DNA of 64,000 nucleotides. Origin: a virus. The stretch spans positions 17,921-81,920 of the IMG/VR virus record IMGVR_UViG_3300031963_000072; one strand, 5' to 3'. Shown in pieces: positions 45,340 to 53,932 of the stretch. The position numbers were made by a program, and so were the translations under genes. The notes under the pieces are model-generated. The model saw only the letters and a program-made list of their open reading frames with translations, was not told the origin of the DNA and ran no database searches. Each line of letters opens with the position of its first letter. Position 1 is the first letter of the stretch.

Positions 45340-45927
45340 TCAAAGATTCTTTTCCTGTTTGCAAGAAATATAGTCAGCAAGATGAACAATGTCCGCAAGG
45401 AGAGGCTCCTTCATCTTGTAAGGGGCGTTCTCTTCAGCGTATTGACCATCATTTAACTTGATTGCAAGCCATTCGTCTTGGGTCAGCTTTAAGCCAAAAT
45501 GCTGACAAAGCCACACGCCTCTATCGGGAACAGTCATGTAGAGAATCTCTCTGTTATGCTTGTACATCTCACCAAGCTTCTCTCGATGCCAGTCTGAATC
45601 TTGGGGAAGATAATAATCTCTTTCGTGATCTCCTACCTTGCCCAGGTCGTGGAGAAGACAACCAATGATAAGAGAGTCCTTTGGGACTTCCCAATTAAAA
45701 GTCTTGCAAAGCTTGAGAGCATTGCTCAGTAGCCTAAGCGAGTGGTCAACTAAACCTCCGGGAAATGCAGCATGATACTCCTTCCTAGAAGAAGCAGGAC
45801 ACATAGCAAGTCTTTCACCTAGATGATCGACCAGTGCTAGTGCAGGAGCAGATCTATCTCCGAGCTTCTCCATGAAGCTACGAAACTTATCAAAATTTTC
45901 TGCAATTTGTTCGGGAGTTAATTCCAT
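45340..45927 (-). CDS. HD-domain phosphohydrolase
   Basis: PAS...YH...GGL.DHS, LLHDLGK, HLAD; start moved to MELT. Confidence 0.88.
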   Translation of the reverse strand: MELTPEQIAENFDKFRSFMEKLGDRSAPALALVDHLGERLAMCPASSRKEYHAAFPGGLVDHSLRLLSNALKLCKTFNWEVPKDSLIIGCLLHDLGKVGDHERDYYLPQDSDWHREKLGEMYKHNREILYMTVPDRGVWLCQHFGLKLTQDEWLAIKLNDGQYAEENAPYKMKEPLLADIVHLADYISCKQEKNL

Positions 45928-45934
45928 GCACATA

Positions 45935-45964
45935 ATGATAATCAATCTTCTTTGAGATGTTCAA
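45935..45964 (-). promoter_or_regulatory. class A promoter TTGAAC-N18-TATCAT
   Basis: Recurrent motif; 7 nt before ATG. Confidence 0.65.
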
Positions 45965-47150
45965 ACTTTACTGGAAAGGGAGACATGTATGTGGGAATGG
46001 ACACTTCTTTGATGCTCATGACGTCTTCGATTCTGTCGCGACTGACATCTACTATCATTGCGTCGTGCAGCACAAAAAGAGGACGTATTCCTTCAGGTCC
46101 AAGCTGCCTAAGAATGGAATCAAATCCCAAGAGAGACACATCAACGCCAGAAGACTGTGCATAAGTGTTCACCAATAGATTGTCTTGACCTTGTGGAATC
46201 ACAAGCGGTCTTCCGAACCTGTTGTTTATCTTTCCTTGAGAAGACAGCTGATCTTTTAGTTTTGCCCTTAGCACGTCTACTTCGAAGTACTTTCTGATGA
46301 CTTCGATGAATGCATCCAGCTTTTGATCAGAAACTCCTAGCCTTGCCTTGAGAGAAGCTCGAGAGATACCGTAAAGCTCCGACAAAACTGCGGTCTTCAC
46401 CACGTCTCTCGGCAAAATTCCCTTGAACAGCAAGTGAGACAGATCGTCGTACAAGTCTTCGGCAGTAGAGCTTCTTCCTGCCTCTGCAAGAACAATTCTT
46501 GCCTCTAGGGCTCTAAAATCGATGTATGCAACAATTCCGTTCTCAAAAGAAGATTTGACAATCCGCCTATTTTCTTTCTTTAGAATTAAGATATTGGGAC
46601 CTTCAACTACTGTTAGTCTACCAGTACGAGTTGCGAATCTATCATAGACAACAGAATGTGCAAATCCGCTTCTTTTTGGTCTAAAGCTCTCTAGACCGGG
46701 AGAAGCAGGAGTCTTATCAAAGATCTGCGCAAAAACTTCAGTATCGATGCATGCAGGACGAAAAGACGACAGCACTCTCGTGCCTGCAGACCAGGCAGTC
46801 TCGTAATAGCTGAAGGGTAAACTTGGAAAAACATCTGATGTTTCCTGAACAAGAATTTTAAAGAATTTTCTGAATTCTTCTTGCGGTAGAACAGATTTCC
46901 ACGGAATGGGAACAGAACCTGTTACAAGCGTCTTCATTGCAGTCAGATACTTTTCAGGAACTTCAGCCAAATTGTGACCATGCATCTTGAAGAGAGTGTC
47001 AAGGCATCTTGCTGACGGAGATGTCTTGAAGTCTCCGGTAAGATGCCAGCCATCACGAGGAACAGACTCAGACCAAACAAATCCCTCGAGATCACCGACG
47101 AGATGCTTTTCGGTTCCAAGAACCGAAGAATCGATAACAAATCTATGCAC
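45942..47150 (-). CDS. family A DNA polymerase-like protein, polymerase domain only
   Basis: TRTGRL, IDFRALEARI (motif A), R..VK......LYG (B), N..AQS, LHDA (C). Confidence 0.8.
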   Translation of the reverse strand: MHRFVIDSSVLGTEKHLVGDLEGFVWSESVPRDGWHLTGDFKTSPSARCLDTLFKMHGHNLAEVPEKYLTAMKTLVTGSVPIPWKSVLPQEEFRKFFKILVQETSDVFPSLPFSYYETAWSAGTRVLSSFRPACIDTEVFAQIFDKTPASPGLESFRPKRSGFAHSVVYDRFATRTGRLTVVEGPNILILKKENRRIVKSSFENGIVAYIDFRALEARIVLAEAGRSSTAEDLYDDLSHLLFKGILPRDVVKTAVLSELYGISRASLKARLGVSDQKLDAFIEVIRKYFEVDVLRAKLKDQLSSQGKINNRFGRPLVIPQGQDNLLVNTYAQSSGVDVSLLGFDSILRQLGPEGIRPLFVLHDAMIVDVSRDRIEDVMSIKEVSIPTYMSPFPVKFEHLKED

Positions 47151-47156
47151 TCAGAG

Positions 47157-47186
47157 AGTTTACTACAGATTTCTACTTGTTTACAT
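47157..47186 (-). promoter_or_regulatory. class A promoter ATGTAA-N18-TAAACT, 6 nt before GTG start
   Basis: Recurrent motif and spacing. Confidence 0.55.
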
Positions 47187-50124
47187 TGGTGCCGTTGCTT
47201 GGTCTTTCAAGTAACTTAGCGATTGATTCATCGACAATAGATTTGGCCCTCTGGTTCATAAGCCCAGCAACAGTCGGGGCCGCAGAGAATTTTCCGTAAC
47301 CGCTGGCGTACATGAACGTCCAGTTCGTGGTGAATTTTCCAGGAGATATAGAGTGCTGTAGCTGCGTGCAGTTATAAATGTTATCGAGTGAAGTGCCTGT
47401 CTCAAAGTCTACAAAATATGTCTGATACAGCTGCGCGATCGGCACTCCCATTGTTGTCATTGTAAGTTGTATAGGAACTGTTCTCAACGGCAGACCTCCG
47501 ACCTCTTCAAGCGGATTACTGCTAACGGTCCCTTGACCCTTGGCGTCGGCCTTTGATGCATTCATGATATTTATAGCACCTTGTAAGCCTGAAGTTGAGG
47601 AAGAGGCATTGCTGCTTAAAACGAGAGTCCCGTTGGTTCCCACAAAAATGCAGGGCACAGTAGACATTAAGTAGTCTTTAAGTCGCTTTCTGTCCTTGGG
47701 AAGGACCAATTTTTGCCCCCCAGGTCTCGCAATTGTTACTAGGCTGTTCACTTCGTCTGCGGCAACGCCTATGTCAGTCAAAGCCTTGTTGTATGCAACA
47801 CCACTTCTAAGTTTTTCCTGTAGAGCTCTTTGATGTTTTTCATCAAGACCGTTGATGATATTTCGAAGTTTGGCATCAGCGGGTCCTGTCAAAACCTCAG
47901 CTATCTCAAAACTATTGTCGCCTGTGTCTATTATTTGCTGGGCAAGTCTATATGGATTATTCGCTCTATCATAGATGTGAATTCTCTTTATAACTTTTTT
48001 AGACCCACCTTTTTTAGTACTGTTCTCCTCATAGTTAAGACGAGTAGCAGATCTCTTAAGTGACTCAACTGTGTGCTTTATCCTGTCGCTCTCTTCTCCG
48101 TTTTCTACGAACATCTCGATGACAGGCATTTTGAGGGCTCCATATCTACCGATCCACCGACTCATTCCTGCATCAGACTTGCCGTCGCTACGCTGTACCT
48201 TGCTGGGGTTGTCCAGGTCTATCTGATCGAAAAAAGAGTTCATGCCATATCCAATGGCGCGCTGATCTGAAAACTGTGTCTCTATGACAAGCCTTAAGAA
48301 GACTTGTAGACTGAGAGACTCAAGACCGTTGTTTTTGATCGAAGCAGCATAGGCATACATAAGGGCTGGTAGGTTTACAGGAAACTCTGCGATGCTTTGA
48401 CCGCTCAATGGACCGCACTGATCATTAAACCCATAGAAGAAGACCTGTAGTTCATCACAGGAGTTTGAGGCAGCAACGCTGGGTGCCACGAATGACATGA
48501 AAAGCTTGCCAAAAGAAACTACCTCTTTGTTGATTTTAAGATTAGGATTAAATTCTTTAGACTTCTCTATAGCAGCCTGACGCTTCTCCTTGTTCTTGTT
48601 GAATTCATCTATAGAAGTCTTAAGCGCAGGGTCGGAAAAATAAAGTTCTCTCTCAGGTTCGCTTGTTGGAATGAAGGGATCAGGTTTGTTGCCGAGAGCA
48701 TTGAACTTTGTTGTGACTGACGTTCCAATAGACTTCTTTATCTTTTCGTAGCTGTATTTCTTGTCATCAACGAGAGAGTCCAGCTGCGTGCCCAGTTTTT
48801 CAACCTGTTCTTTTGGAAGATTACTGTATTGTAGATTGCTCTTGAGAGACGCTATGGTGGACTTTACATCCTTTAGCTCGTTGAGAAAACCACTTGTCGA
48901 AGCTGCATTCAATAACTGCTCGGCAGCTATATTAACAGCGAATTTGTTCTCTCCGACAACTTTCTCTTTTATCGCAGCTATAGACTTTATTACTTCGTGA
49001 AAGTCTTTGATTTCACTGCTAACTTCATCAACAGTTAGGGATTCAAGCGCCTTGGCAGCCTTACTAACCAGCTCGAGGCTCATAGAAACCTGCCCAGAGT
49101 TATCAAAGGAGAATTGTGAGTTGACGACGGACCAGCATTCCCTTATGAGCATCGACTCATTTATAAACTTTGCATAGTCGTCTTCTTGCATCCTGTTCAT
49201 CGGTGCAAGCCAACCGTAAGTCGTCCAAATGACAGCCTTGTTGAATCCAGAGCTTCCTTTAATAAACTCTGCAATCTCTGATATCCTTGCCTTGTCGTGT
49301 ATTTTAAATTTTAACGTGCCTTTCTTGTGAGCAAAGTTGCCCGCTCCTGCGTTCGAAATGGTGACGTCAAAACCAAGGAGAGAGGCAAAGGGCAGGAACG
49401 GTTTGGCAAGAACAAGACGACCCTTGTGAGGCAAGAGACCTTCGATGTTCATGTTCGTAAGCGTCTGCGGCATTAAGAACATTTCCATGCCGGAGAGGCC
49501 AAAGTTCTGAGCCTCCTGCCCAGACTCCAATTTGAATATGTCGGAGTCTCTTATGACTTTATCTTGACTAGACTCTGGTTCCACTGCTCCAATTAGAAAT
49601 CTAAGAGAGCTTGGAGTATTCAAAGAAGTCAATGAAGCACCTTGAGTCTGAAATTCCACGTCAAGGTACGGCATCATAGAAGCAGCAACAATTGGGGGAG
49701 TGTAGTTTAAAAAGAAGTCTACGTTGTCTGTTCCGCGTGTGGCTGGGCTCAGGTAAGGGCTCCTCGTCACGAACGCGGCGACTTCAAAATTGTCGCCAAG
49801 CGAATCTATCATGTCGCTTAAATTTTTAACCTTGCCCCAGTAGGCGCCGTCCGCCAGATCCAGCCGCTTAGTGTTGGTTATTGCGTGAAATTGAATTCCT
49901 GTTTCACGTTTGTAGCTCTTGCTTGTCTCCGAATCTAATCCTTTAAAATGCTCATCGATCTTGTCGAAGATGATCTTGTTGCTGTAAATCTCACCGCGAG
50001 GCCCTAAGATCATTTTCGACAGAATATCAAGTAATCCCTCGCGCTGCGTGCTTGAATTACGAGTTCCTTGAAGATCAGCTGGCTTGAGATACTTGTAGAT
50101 GTCTTCCAGATTCTTGAAGTCCAT
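47173..50124 (-). CDS. putative baseplate hub protein
   Basis: Position after gpX-like gene; C-terminal MG.P....Q.YFVDF.TGT..DN.Y......H.I.PG.F.T pattern. Confidence 0.6.
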   Translation of the reverse strand: MDFKNLEDIYKYLKPADLQGTRNSSTQREGLLDILSKMILGPRGEIYSNKIIFDKIDEHFKGLDSETSKSYKRETGIQFHAITNTKRLDLADGAYWGKVKNLSDMIDSLGDNFEVAAFVTRSPYLSPATRGTDNVDFFLNYTPPIVAASMMPYLDVEFQTQGASLTSLNTPSSLRFLIGAVEPESSQDKVIRDSDIFKLESGQEAQNFGLSGMEMFLMPQTLTNMNIEGLLPHKGRLVLAKPFLPFASLLGFDVTISNAGAGNFAHKKGTLKFKIHDKARISEIAEFIKGSSGFNKAVIWTTYGWLAPMNRMQEDDYAKFINESMLIRECWSVVNSQFSFDNSGQVSMSLELVSKAAKALESLTVDEVSSEIKDFHEVIKSIAAIKEKVVGENKFAVNIAAEQLLNAASTSGFLNELKDVKSTIASLKSNLQYSNLPKEQVEKLGTQLDSLVDDKKYSYEKIKKSIGTSVTTKFNALGNKPDPFIPTSEPERELYFSDPALKTSIDEFNKNKEKRQAAIEKSKEFNPNLKINKEVVSFGKLFMSFVAPSVAASNSCDELQVFFYGFNDQCGPLSGQSIAEFPVNLPALMYAYAASIKNNGLESLSLQVFLRLVIETQFSDQRAIGYGMNSFFDQIDLDNPSKVQRSDGKSDAGMSRWIGRYGALKMPVIEMFVENGEESDRIKHTVESLKRSATRLNYEENSTKKGGSKKVIKRIHIYDRANNPYRLAQQIIDTGDNSFEIAEVLTGPADAKLRNIINGLDEKHQRALQEKLRSGVAYNKALTDIGVAADEVNSLVTIARPGGQKLVLPKDRKRLKDYLMSTVPCIFVGTNGTLVLSSNASSSTSGLQGAINIMNASKADAKGQGTVSSNPLEEVGGLPLRTVPIQLTMTTMGVPIAQLYQTYFVDFETGTSLDNIYNCTQLQHSISPGKFTTNWTFMYASGYGKFSAAPTVAGLMNQRAKSIVDESIAKLLERPSNGTNVNK

Positions 50125-50125
50125 T

Positions 50126-50422
50126 TTACCTCACATACAAAAGAGCATCAGAGAGATTAACCACGTTAATGACTGTGCCTGGTGGAGCCTGCAGTCCCCA
50201 GCCAATGCCACTTGCGATGGCCAAAATCCACCAATATTTGGCGTCGCCGTAAACCACGCCCGCAAGACCGTCCAATCTTTCACTTCCCGTGAGAGTAAAA
50301 GTTGAAATAATTGGTACGGTTCCTTCTTTGATGGCGCGCTTCAGAAGAAGAATCGATTCAGGAGTTCCCAGCTGTTGTCCCAGGTTTATGCGTGGATCTG
50401 TTCCGTATCTACTTGTTGCCAT
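50126..50422 (-). CDS. tail/baseplate protein X (LysM-like)
   Basis: ERLD.LA..VYGD..YWWILA.A.GI......PPG..I. Confidence 0.8.
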   Translation of the reverse strand: MATSRYGTDPRINLGQQLGTPESILLLKRAIKEGTVPIISTFTLTGSERLDGLAGVVYGDAKYWWILAIASGIGWGLQAPPGTVINVVNLSDALLYVR

Positions 50423-50431
50423 TGTCCACCA

Positions 50432-53400
50432 TCAAGTCTTTCTAAAGAAGCTGCCAACAGGATAGACAGGAGCCCTGTTTCCGCCTTCGTGATCGAGTCC
50501 GGGAGATATGTCGTGAATTGGAGAGAAGGAAATGGTGACTTTGCACATCTTGGGAGCTTTTCCCTTGTCTCCGTCTGTGCCGACCGCCCATGTAACTCTG
50601 TCATACCAATCAAAATTCATTGACTCTATGAATCCTGCAAGTCCTTTGCCACCAGAAGACTTGAAAGACTTGACGACTGCATTGTTGTTTTCTTCCATGA
50701 AGATTTTAGCTTCAGCCGTGTATCTATGCTGCTTCACGTTGCTGCTAACTCTTCCAATTTCAGCTTTATGTTTTGCATCAGTCGTTTTAGTGAATTTAAC
50801 TTGATCTTCTTTAAGAACTATTTTAATACCAGCGTTGGCATCGGGACTACTTCCCCAGGTGCTAATGGCGCCCGAGGAATCGAGATCGTCTTCTTTGAGT
50901 GGCACAATTTCAAAATAATACTTGACTGCTTCTGTATCGGACGAAGTAACATTGCCAGCTGTAGAAAGAAGTCTCAGTCCTACACCGTCGGGCCACGCAG
51001 TCTCACAAATTCTCATGATCTTTGCTCTGCTATCATCGTCCGGAGCTGCAGCAATAACGTGCTCTTTGTCCATTGGTATGAATGTATTTCCCGCAGAGTA
51101 AGCCTTTGCCTTTGAAAGTCTTTGGGCAGTAATTGATCCTTCACCGCCTTCTTGGTCTCCGCTGTCTGGTATTTCTACACCGTTAAATTTTGTGCCACTA
51201 TAAGAGTAGCCAAATAAACGGGCGAGGTTGAATTTACTGTAGTTTGATCTGATGAGGTCGCCTATTCTAACTCTGACAAGCGGTGACGCCTGTATCGTCT
51301 GACTGAATGGCATGTGCATGTTGTAATTCTTGTCAGGAGAGAGAAGTCTTCCCTCTGTATATTGAGGATAAACTAATGTAACAAGTTTATTAATCTTGTG
51401 CCACATTACCTCAAAATCTTCTGCGCTCGTCGCAGCAACATAGAAAGAAAAACCAATCTTTCTTTGTGTTCCTTTGTATGTCTTGACAGGTTCAACTCTT
51501 CCAAATCCTTCAGATGAATCGTACGCTGCTGTATAATCATCGCTTAGTGATGCAAGAAATGCATGAAAGCTCAGTATTTCATTCGTTCTAACGTCATGAA
51601 AGTAAAAAGGAACGTATTCTGAGTCAAGAGCAGCCTCCATTTCTTCTCTACGGAGAGTTTCTATCCTATCGTTCTTCAGAGACTTGGTGTAGACACCGTC
51701 AACTTTTTCACCAACTCTCTTGTGCTTAAAGCCCAGATAGTCGTCTTTTTCGTTTACATTTATTAAAAAGTTACCGTAATCAGGAACATCAGTGAAGCTT
51801 TCTGTCGATCCTTTTGGAGATACCTTTCCTATGCCGGCAGGGTACAAGATGAGATCTGAGGCTCGATAAGTCGACCAAGAAAGTCTCGTTGTATTTCTTT
51901 TTATTCTTCCCTTATGAACATTGTCTGTGTCTGAGTCGTCGTCTAATTTAGTCCTGTGACGACCGTCACTGTCAATCTTTGGATCATCAGCATCGTAAAG
52001 ATAAGCATCGCCAAGACGTGAAAAAACTTTAAGCGACCCCAAAAATTTGGAGTCTCTGAACACATTTACGAACTCGAGAGTTTGTTGAATTCCAGTGACA
52101 AAATTACCACTTCCAAACGACTTACCAAGAGAAAGAAGTGAATCGCTGATTGTCAAAAATGACCTGTTGATGCTACGAGCCATGACGGTGTAATATCCAG
52201 GATTTTTCATGGCAGAAGTTGCGGCGCCCAGTGTGGCTTGAGTCACAAGATTTCCGAGGCTTACGTCTGCTCCTCCTGGCGGAACTATTCCAAAAAAGAG
52301 AAGAGTTCCTACACTAATGCATTTTTCTATTGGATATATTGTAGGAGGAAATCCCAGAAGACCCAGTACGTTAAAATCGCTTCCTTGCGATACAATTGAA
52401 GCGATACTACTATAGTCGAGGCGCTTTCCGTTTTCATAAGACTTTCCATACGGCCTTATGCTTTTGTTATCCATGCCACGTTTTATTATTGGGAAATCCT
52501 TTCCGGGTATTAAACTTACAACAAGTGCAATAACGAGACTCAAGGCGACTATAAGAGCGACGGCCAACAGCTGCATTCCAAAGTTGGATATACCTGCATA
52601 CTGATCGAGGACGTTGTTAAGAGTTCCCCACGACTGCTTCGCGGGATTAATCAACAGATTGTCGTCTATTCCCTCCAGAGTTAAAGTCTCCAAGACGCTG
52701 GCTGCCTCTAACTGTTCTCTTTCGAGTCTGTAGACACCAAACTGGGCCGATCCAGGAAGAACTGCCCCGGCTACAGAGGCATTGTCTGTAGGATTGTTTC
52801 CCTCTGACAGCGACTTGAGCTCAAGTCCCGATCGAATTGAAAGTGCATTGCCTATCTGAGCGAGCCGCGCATGCGTGACGTTTCTTTCTGCGGCATTGGG
52901 AGGCAAATTATGGCCAAGCGGATACTTCTTCGCAAATTGAGGAGAATTAATACCTGTGTTATCCTCGTAGAGATTTTCTGGATTAAACCTGTTATATATG
53001 ACAGAGTTACTTATGTTTCCAGGATTGGGACTGCCGTAGTAGTTCTTTATCTCTTTTGAGAGGTCCTCTGGTTTCGCGTAACCAATTTGTGGAAGTGAGC
53101 CGCCCTTAGCGGACGGATTTATGACACCCGGGTTGGCTCCGTCAGGTGTGGCATTTTTTAAAAGCTTGTTACCGTCAACCTTGCCCGTTCCTTCCTGACG
53201 ACCTCTAAGAACTTCTAGGTTGGTGGCCGCCGAAGACCTACTCGATAGTACCTTTCCAGGTACGTACGTCTCTGACTCGTTGTCAGTGTTTAAATAAGCG
53301 CTTAGAGAGACGTCGGGATTGACCGGATATCCTTTTTGATCCTTGAGTGAGAGTTCAACTGGATCTTTCCTGTCAAGATGATTGATCGGATATGCATTCT

Positions 53401-53641
53401 TAACTGGGCTGGGAGAAGAAGGAGTCTTACCAAGCGTGGTGTCACTCATGTATGCAGCAAGCGTGGAGCGTGTCGACCTCGACACGTCTTTCTTCCTGTT
53501 GTCGACTCTGACGTCCCCCGGACTCCAAGGTATTCGCGGAATGTCTTCGGAGTCTTCAGTTCCCACGTCGTAAGAAAGACGAGTCTGTCCCTCTCCTATC
53601 GGAAATCCTCCGGTACCGGTGTCAATCTTGTCGTTGGACAT
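50432..53641 (-). CDS. large structural protein with tail-tube-initiator-like C-terminal domain
   Basis: F.AFL..LSDDY..AY.....FGR.EPV..Y..T.R.I.FSF; position after TMP. Confidence 0.6.
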   Translation of the reverse strand: MSNDKIDTGTGGFPIGEGQTRLSYDVGTEDSEDIPRIPWSPGDVRVDNRKKDVSRSTRSTLAAYMSDTTLGKTPSSPSPVKNAYPINHLDRKDPVELSLKDQKGYPVNPDVSLSAYLNTDNESETYVPGKVLSSRSSAATNLEVLRGRQEGTGKVDGNKLLKNATPDGANPGVINPSAKGGSLPQIGYAKPEDLSKEIKNYYGSPNPGNISNSVIYNRFNPENLYEDNTGINSPQFAKKYPLGHNLPPNAAERNVTHARLAQIGNALSIRSGLELKSLSEGNNPTDNASVAGAVLPGSAQFGVYRLEREQLEAASVLETLTLEGIDDNLLINPAKQSWGTLNNVLDQYAGISNFGMQLLAVALIVALSLVIALVVSLIPGKDFPIIKRGMDNKSIRPYGKSYENGKRLDYSSIASIVSQGSDFNVLGLLGFPPTIYPIEKCISVGTLLFFGIVPPGGADVSLGNLVTQATLGAATSAMKNPGYYTVMARSINRSFLTISDSLLSLGKSFGSGNFVTGIQQTLEFVNVFRDSKFLGSLKVFSRLGDAYLYDADDPKIDSDGRHRTKLDDDSDTDNVHKGRIKRNTTRLSWSTYRASDLILYPAGIGKVSPKGSTESFTDVPDYGNFLINVNEKDDYLGFKHKRVGEKVDGVYTKSLKNDRIETLRREEMEAALDSEYVPFYFHDVRTNEILSFHAFLASLSDDYTAAYDSSEGFGRVEPVKTYKGTQRKIGFSFYVAATSAEDFEVMWHKINKLVTLVYPQYTEGRLLSPDKNYNMHMPFSQTIQASPLVRVRIGDLIRSNYSKFNLARLFGYSYSGTKFNGVEIPDSGDQEGGEGSITAQRLSKAKAYSAGNTFIPMDKEHVIAAAPDDDSRAKIMRICETAWPDGVGLRLLSTAGNVTSSDTEAVKYYFEIVPLKEDDLDSSGAISTWGSSPDANAGIKIVLKEDQVKFTKTTDAKHKAEIGRVSSNVKQHRYTAEAKIFMEENNNAVVKSFKSSGGKGLAGFIESMNFDWYDRVTWAVGTDGDKGKAPKMCKVTISFSPIHDISPGLDHEGGNRAPVYPVGSFFRKT

Positions 53642-53652
53642 CTTCTCTCTTC

Positions 53653-53898
53653 CTACTCTTCAGCGCTTCCACTATTAATTAGCTCGCTGCTAATTTCTAG
53701 GTATGCGTTCTTTATGCCTTCGGGATCGTTTTGTAACGCGTGGGAGATCGGTTCGTACACCTGATTGAAGAACTTGACCATGAAGTCCTCTGCGTATGCC
53801 TTTATGGCGCGACGCTCTGCGTCGCTCGTCGCCTTTGAGAGCACTGTTTTGAACACGTCGTTTTCCCGAAGCTGCTTAAGATAGTCTTCTTTTTTCAT
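53653..53898 (-). CDS. hypothetical protein
   Basis: 81 aa ORF. Confidence 0.65.
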   Translation of the reverse strand: MKKEDYLKQLRENDVFKTVLSKATSDAERRAIKAYAEDFMVKFFNQVYEPISHALQNDPEGIKNAYLEISSELINSGSAEE

Positions 53899-53932
53899 GA
53901 GCTTTATCCCTTGTCAGCATTAAACTACAATA

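Noticed and set aside
45340-47150. HD protein + family A polymerase + MazG as a diaminopurine (Z-genome) system
   Set aside because: No PurZ/PurA homolog in the window; the HD protein has the GGLxxHS type motif and the polymerase is much shorter than DpoZ
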